Source of the DNA: a virus
Lineage: Duplodnaviria > Caudoviricetes
Strand: one strand, 5' to 3'
Virus record (IMG/VR): IMGVR_UViG_3300031965_000385
Coordinates: 1-27,989 of that record
DNA: 27,989 bases
The notes under the pieces are model-generated. The model saw nothing but the letters and a program-made list of their open reading frames with translations, did no database searches and had not been told where the DNA came from. Numbering within the stretch: the first letter of the stretch is position 1; each line of letters starts with the position of its first letter. Positions 24,009 through 27,989 of this stretch are shown here, piece by piece. The position numbers were made by a program, and so were the translations under genes.

Positions 24009-26625
24009 CAAACAAGCCGAACGCCGCAAGCTGGCTAAGCTCCGCGCCGAGTTCAATGGCTCGCCGTGGGCTATTGACGCGCGGGCCCTTGGGGCGCTGG
24101 GCAACGCGATCGAGGCGGGCGATCTGGAAGCCGTGCGGGCCTCCCTGTCATTTGGCAACCACCCTGAATCGATCACAAAGCTGGTCAACGGCGTAGCGGT
24201 CATTCCTGTCTGCGGTGTGCTGCGAGACGAAGTCGATTTCATGGTCCGCTGGGGTTGCGCCGCCTCTTACCAGTTGATCGAGCGGGACTTCAATCAATCG
24301 CTCGATAACAACCAAATCAAGGGCATCCTGTTCTATTTCAACACGCCTGGCGGTGCGGCAATCGGTTGCAAGCGGCTCGCCGACATGATCTACGAAGCTC
24401 GCGGCGAGAAGCCGATTCGCGCTTTCGTGCAAGGTGTTTGCTGTTCGGCAGGCTACTACATGGCTGCAGCGACGGATCGGATCGAAGCGACGGCCGACTC
24501 TCTAGTTGGCAGCGTCGGCACGATCATGCCGCACATGGAATACAGCGGGATGCTCACTGAGCTGGGCATTGCCGCCAAGGTGTTCACGAATACCGACTCG
24601 CCGAAAAAAGGCCACGGCAATATCTACGAGCCGCTGTCCGACGAGGCGACCAAAACGATTCAACAGTTTGTTGATTCTTACGGGCGACCGTTTATTGAAG
24701 ACGTGGCCCGTTATCGAGGCATCGACGCGGCGGCTGTGGTCAAAGACTTCGGCCAAGGCGATTCGATGCGCGCGGACATGGCGATCGGCCGCGGAATGGT
24801 CGACGCCGTTGTGGAGAGTTTTGAAGAATCCTTGGAATCCATTTCAGCCGGGGGTGGTGACACGACGCCGGTTGAGGAAAACGACGAACCGGCCGCAACG
24901 GCGGCCAAAACCCAGAGGAGTAGTGTGATGAACGAGCGAATCAAAGCTCAGTTGTTTGCGTTGGGCCTTATCGATTCGCTCGACGCATCGGACCCGATTT
25001 GCAAGGCTGCGATCAGCGCTTGGTGCGCGGGGCGTGGCGATACAGTACCTAGCGACGAAGCCGAAGTGCTCAAGGTACTGCAAGCCACCAATTCTCTAGT
25101 GGCAACGCTTGAGCAAGTGGCGGCTCCACTCATGGTTGCCGGTACGAACGGCAAGCCCGCTGAAAACGTCAAGACGGCTCACGACAAAGAGCAGTCGGAA
25201 GCCCGGCTTGCAGACCTCAAGGCGGCTGCTGAGTTGGCGAACAGCGTGGTCGGCGAGAAGGTTATCACCGCCGAAATGATTTTGGATGCATGTGAAAAGA
25301 AACTCGATCCCAACTCCGCTCAACAGGAGTGGGCCAAGATTTTCGCTGCGCGTGAGCCGTCGATCCCCAGCAACCGCGTAAACATTACGGGTGAAGGTGC
25401 AGACCGCTGGTTCAAAGATACGATCGACTCGCAGGTCTACCGTGCCGGCAACAAGATCGAGTTGTCGGCTGACGCCGCGAAGCTCGTCAACAAGCCGCTA
25501 TGGGCGGTCGCTGCCGAGTGTTTGCGGATTGGTGGTGTCCAGGTCGACGACTACGCCGATCGCGAGTTCCTCGCCGAGCAGGCGATGGAAATGTCGGTTC
25601 CTGGAAAGCGCTACGGGTTCTATTCGGAGAAGGAAAACTCGCGCTACATTCAGGCGAGTGGTGGCCCGGCCACACGGCCCGGCGACTTCCCCAATATCCT
25701 GTCGAGTCTCGCACGCAAGTATCTCGACACGATCGAACTGGACGAGGACTACAGCTACGCCGAAGTCTCGGCGTTGCTGCCCGGCGGCCTGAATGACTTC
25801 AAGCCTGGCTTGATGATTAACAAGGGCATCGTCGAGGAACTTGACGAGTTGCAGGATGCCGAGCAGTTCAAGGAACTTGGCCTACAAGAGGAAGTGCTGA
25901 GTTACATCTTCCTGCGCAGATTCGGAAATAAGTGGGGCTGGACGCCCGTACTGGTGGCCAACGATGACCTGAATGCCTTTGCTGAGGGTATGCTTGGTCT
26001 TGAACAGGCGTGGCAGGTGACACAGAACCGGCTCGTGCTCGATCGTTATACGTCGAGTGAAACGCTGCTTGACGGTGCTGCTTTGTTTGCCAACCGCGCC
26101 GACACCGGCAGCGGCACGAACCCGGCCACAAACGACAACGACATCGACAGTGGCGGCGCAGTGCCGTCGGATGCCCAATGGGCGCTGATGGAAGCGGCTT
26201 ACGCCGACATCGGCGGTATTGCTACCGGTCGCCGGGTGCGTGGCACGCTCAACACTTGGTTTGGCCCGACCGGCACGCCGCACATTGAAGCGCGCCGCAC
26301 GTTCATGCCGCTCAATGCGGGCGGTCTGGAGCCCAAGAACGCGGCCACGACGGCGAACGTCGGCATCTATCGTGGCCTTATCAAGCTCATTCCCGAGAGT
26401 GAGTTGCGGCCCAGTTCGCTGTTGGTTTGGTATGGCCTGCGTAGCCCGACCAAGCTCAACACCGCCACGGTCGTCCGCGGCTACTTCAACGGCTTCGGCG
26501 AGCAAGGCAAGCGCGAGCGGTGGTATGACCCTGAGCGCAAGACGACCTGGGTGTCGATCGAGGGCCGAGTCGCTGTTGCTGTGAAGAATTGGCGGTATGC
26601 CATTAAAAACAAAGGCGAGAACTAA
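23998..26625 (+). CDS. S49 prohead protease - scaffold - major capsid protein fusion, 875 aa
   Basis: NGVAVIPVCGVL, NTPGG, CSAGY, GSVG (S49); C-terminal DFPNIL, NDFK, NDDLNAF, DG.ALF (HK97-fold, Mu gpT-like capsid type). Confidence 0.9.
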   Translation: MPRSKQAERRKLAKLRAEFNGSPWAIDARALGALGNAIEAGDLEAVRASLSFGNHPESITKLVNGVAVIPVCGVLRDEVDFMVRWGCAASYQLIERDFNQSLDNNQIKGILFYFNTPGGAAIGCKRLADMIYEARGEKPIRAFVQGVCCSAGYYMAAATDRIEATADSLVGSVGTIMPHMEYSGMLTELGIAAKVFTNTDSPKKGHGNIYEPLSDEATKTIQQFVDSYGRPFIEDVARYRGIDAAAVVKDFGQGDSMRADMAIGRGMVDAVVESFEESLESISAGGGDTTPVEENDEPAATAAKTQRSSVMNERIKAQLFALGLIDSLDASDPICKAAISAWCAGRGDTVPSDEAEVLKVLQATNSLVATLEQVAAPLMVAGTNGKPAENVKTAHDKEQSEARLADLKAAAELANSVVGEKVITAEMILDACEKKLDPNSAQQEWAKIFAAREPSIPSNRVNITGEGADRWFKDTIDSQVYRAGNKIELSADAAKLVNKPLWAVAAECLRIGGVQVDDYADREFLAEQAMEMSVPGKRYGFYSEKENSRYIQASGGPATRPGDFPNILSSLARKYLDTIELDEDYSYAEVSALLPGGLNDFKPGLMINKGIVEELDELQDAEQFKELGLQEEVLSYIFLRRFGNKWGWTPVLVANDDLNAFAEGMLGLEQAWQVTQNRLVLDRYTSSETLLDGAALFANRADTGSGTNPATNDNDIDSGGAVPSDAQWALMEAAYADIGGIATGRRVRGTLNTWFGPTGTPHIEARRTFMPLNAGGLEPKNAATTANVGIYRGLIKLIPESELRPSSLLVWYGLRSPTKLNTATVVRGYFNGFGEQGKRERWYDPERKTTWVSIEGRVAVAVKNWRYAIKNKGEN

Positions 26626-26697
26626 TCGCCCACGGAGTTGTTTTTTCAACGCCTGCCACAAACAGGCAGTCCTTGAACCTAAGAAGGAATCAGTATC

Positions 26698-27408
26698 ATG
26701 TCCCGACAAACCCGAGAGTATCGTTACGATTTCCGTGGTCACTTGGCGTTTCCCGCTACGGCCAGCGGGGTGGGTACGCCGTTTACAATTGCCGACACGT
26801 CGGCGGCCGGTGCGCCGACGGTTGGCGGTTTGCTAGGCGGTGGCGTGCGTCTATTGCTCGCTGGCAGCACGGAAGTCGAAAACCTTTGCCTCTACATGGG
26901 CGACGTGTTGCCGTTCGACATCGACGACATCATTCGCGCGTGGTTCATTGCCAAGACGACGGCCACGCTCGATTCTGCAACGTCGATTGCATTTGGCTTG
27001 GCGAGTGCCCGCAACGATGCGATTGACTCACTCACCAACCACGCCAGTTTCCGTTGCATCGGTGATAACGTCGTAGTCGTGGAGACCGACGACGGCACTA
27101 CGGACCTGGACGACAAGGCGACAGGGCTCACTCTCGCCGATGTTTGGAAGCGTTTCGAGATCAACTTCGCGGAGCGCAACTCCACGATGGAGCCGCCGAG
27201 TTTGTCGCTAGGCCGGAAGTCGAATCTCGGCTTCTACGGCGCCAACGACATCGGCTCGCTGCGGAGAGTTGCCAGTGGCACGCGGTTCGATATGTCGGCC
27301 GCGACTAGCGGGCTGCAACTGTACGCGCAGATTCAGAAAACATCGGATGCTAACACCGACAATCTGGACATCCTCGAATGGGGCGTTGAGGTCAATTTGC
27401 CAGCGTAG
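26698..27408 (+). CDS. Putative head decoration / minor capsid protein, 236 aa
   Basis: SD AAGGA; beta-rich, A/G/T/D-rich; follows the capsid gene. Function from position only. Confidence 0.6.
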   Translation: MSRQTREYRYDFRGHLAFPATASGVGTPFTIADTSAAGAPTVGGLLGGGVRLLLAGSTEVENLCLYMGDVLPFDIDDIIRAWFIAKTTATLDSATSIAFGLASARNDAIDSLTNHASFRCIGDNVVVVETDDGTTDLDDKATGLTLADVWKRFEINFAERNSTMEPPSLSLGRKSNLGFYGANDIGSLRRVASGTRFDMSAATSGLQLYAQIQKTSDANTDNLDILEWGVEVNLPA

Positions 27409-27415
27409 GTGACTA

Positions 27416-27989
27416 GTGGGATTCCAGGAGACGTTTAATGCGCGGGTGATGCCGGCCGCTGATCGGGCGTTCGGCATCACCGCTTCCTTGACGCACGGTC
27501 AGGACACGATTGACCTGACACTGTTGCGAGAGCAGTTGACGCAGGCAAATCGCTACGGGTTGGAGCAGTATGTCCACGCAGAGACCGCGGTATTTGTCGC
27601 CAAGGCGAGTGAATTGGTTTTGGATGCGGCAACATTTCTGCCGGCGGGGAATGATGTAATTCAGTTTTCAAACGCGGAGAACGTACCGCAAAACTGGGGC
27701 GTTTTTCCGTTGGTAGACAATCGTTGTTATCGGCCCTTTGATAACACAGAAACCAGGCTGCGGATTTACGCGGTTCGCGCGGAGAGTTTTCGATCGATGG
27801 TTTATCACGGGCCCACTGCTAATGACGTGCCCTATCCAAATACTTTGGTTGGCATCATGTCCCAACGACAAGAGGATGGCCAAGCATTCGGTTCTGTCGG
27901 CGGGTTGCAAGTTGCAGAGCGGGTCCGTATGCGAGTAGTGGCCAACCCTGGAGAGATTGTCGAGTCGGGCACCTGTACGGTTCTGGGGG
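27416..27989 (+). CDS. Putative head-tail joining protein, 3' truncated
   Basis: Self-translated from GTG 27416 (MGFQETFNARVMPAADRAFG...CYRPFDNTETRLRIYA...), open to the window end; absent from the ORF track because it has no stop. Confidence 0.6.
   Translation, partial: MGFQETFNARVMPAADRAFGITASLTHGQDTIDLTLLREQLTQANRYGLEQYVHAETAVFVAKASELVLDAATFLPAGNDVIQFSNAENVPQNWGVFPLVDNRCYRPFDNTETRLRIYAVRAESFRSMVYHGPTANDVPYPNTLVGIMSQRQEDGQAFGSVGGLQVAERVRMRVVANPGEIVESGTCTVLG

Larger units (their letters stand above)
1..27989 (+). mobile_element. Segment of a tailed phage/prophage genome (replication, accessory, late and head modules)
   Basis: All credible genes are on the + strand with frequent ATGA/GTGA overlaps; primase, helicase, terminase, portal and protease-capsid genes are recognisable. 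No integrase, att site or host housekeeping gene seen, so prophage versus free phage cannot be decided. Confidence 0.96.

Noticed and set aside
26626-26697. Small hairpins and a CACGGAG motif after the capsid gene
   Set aside because: Stems are only 4-5 bp and there is a single isolated motif; not distinguishable from chance.
1-27989. tRNA, rRNA, integrase, repressor, reverse transcriptase or DGR repeats
   Set aside because: None recognised by eye; tRNAscan/cmscan and a self dot-plot would be needed to exclude them fully.

Overview
The whole 28 kb window is one + strand segment of a tailed dsDNA phage or prophage with a lambda-type head module. Order of modules: replication (SSB-like ORF truncated at the left edge, Prim-Pol primase with PriCT domain, repeat-rich putative origin, UvrD-like SF1 helicase, VRR-NUC nuclease); small accessory genes including an HExxH metallopeptidase, a phage-encoded CsrA and a DUF3310 fusion; a late-type block that is unusually rich in hydrolases and small membrane proteins (alpha/beta hydrolase, permuted NlpC/P60, exported trypsin-like protease, metacaspase) with no recognisable glycosidase or amidase_2 endolysin; beta-helix and LamG-like proteins; a palindromic, cosQ-bearing intergenic region; then terminase large subunit, gpW-like protein, portal, S49 protease-capsid fusion and head-completion genes running off the right edge. 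The host may be a planctomycete (inference from CsrA type and gene style, not shown directly). The most interesting signals are a possible phage-encoded Csr circuit (csrA, a GGA-loop pseudoknot leader and a separate GGA-rich structured RNA next to the metacaspase), the multi-protease cassette, repeated gene-junction sequences, and a 16-bp tandem duplication that fuses two reading frames. All family assignments are by motif recognition only; no database search or folding program was run.
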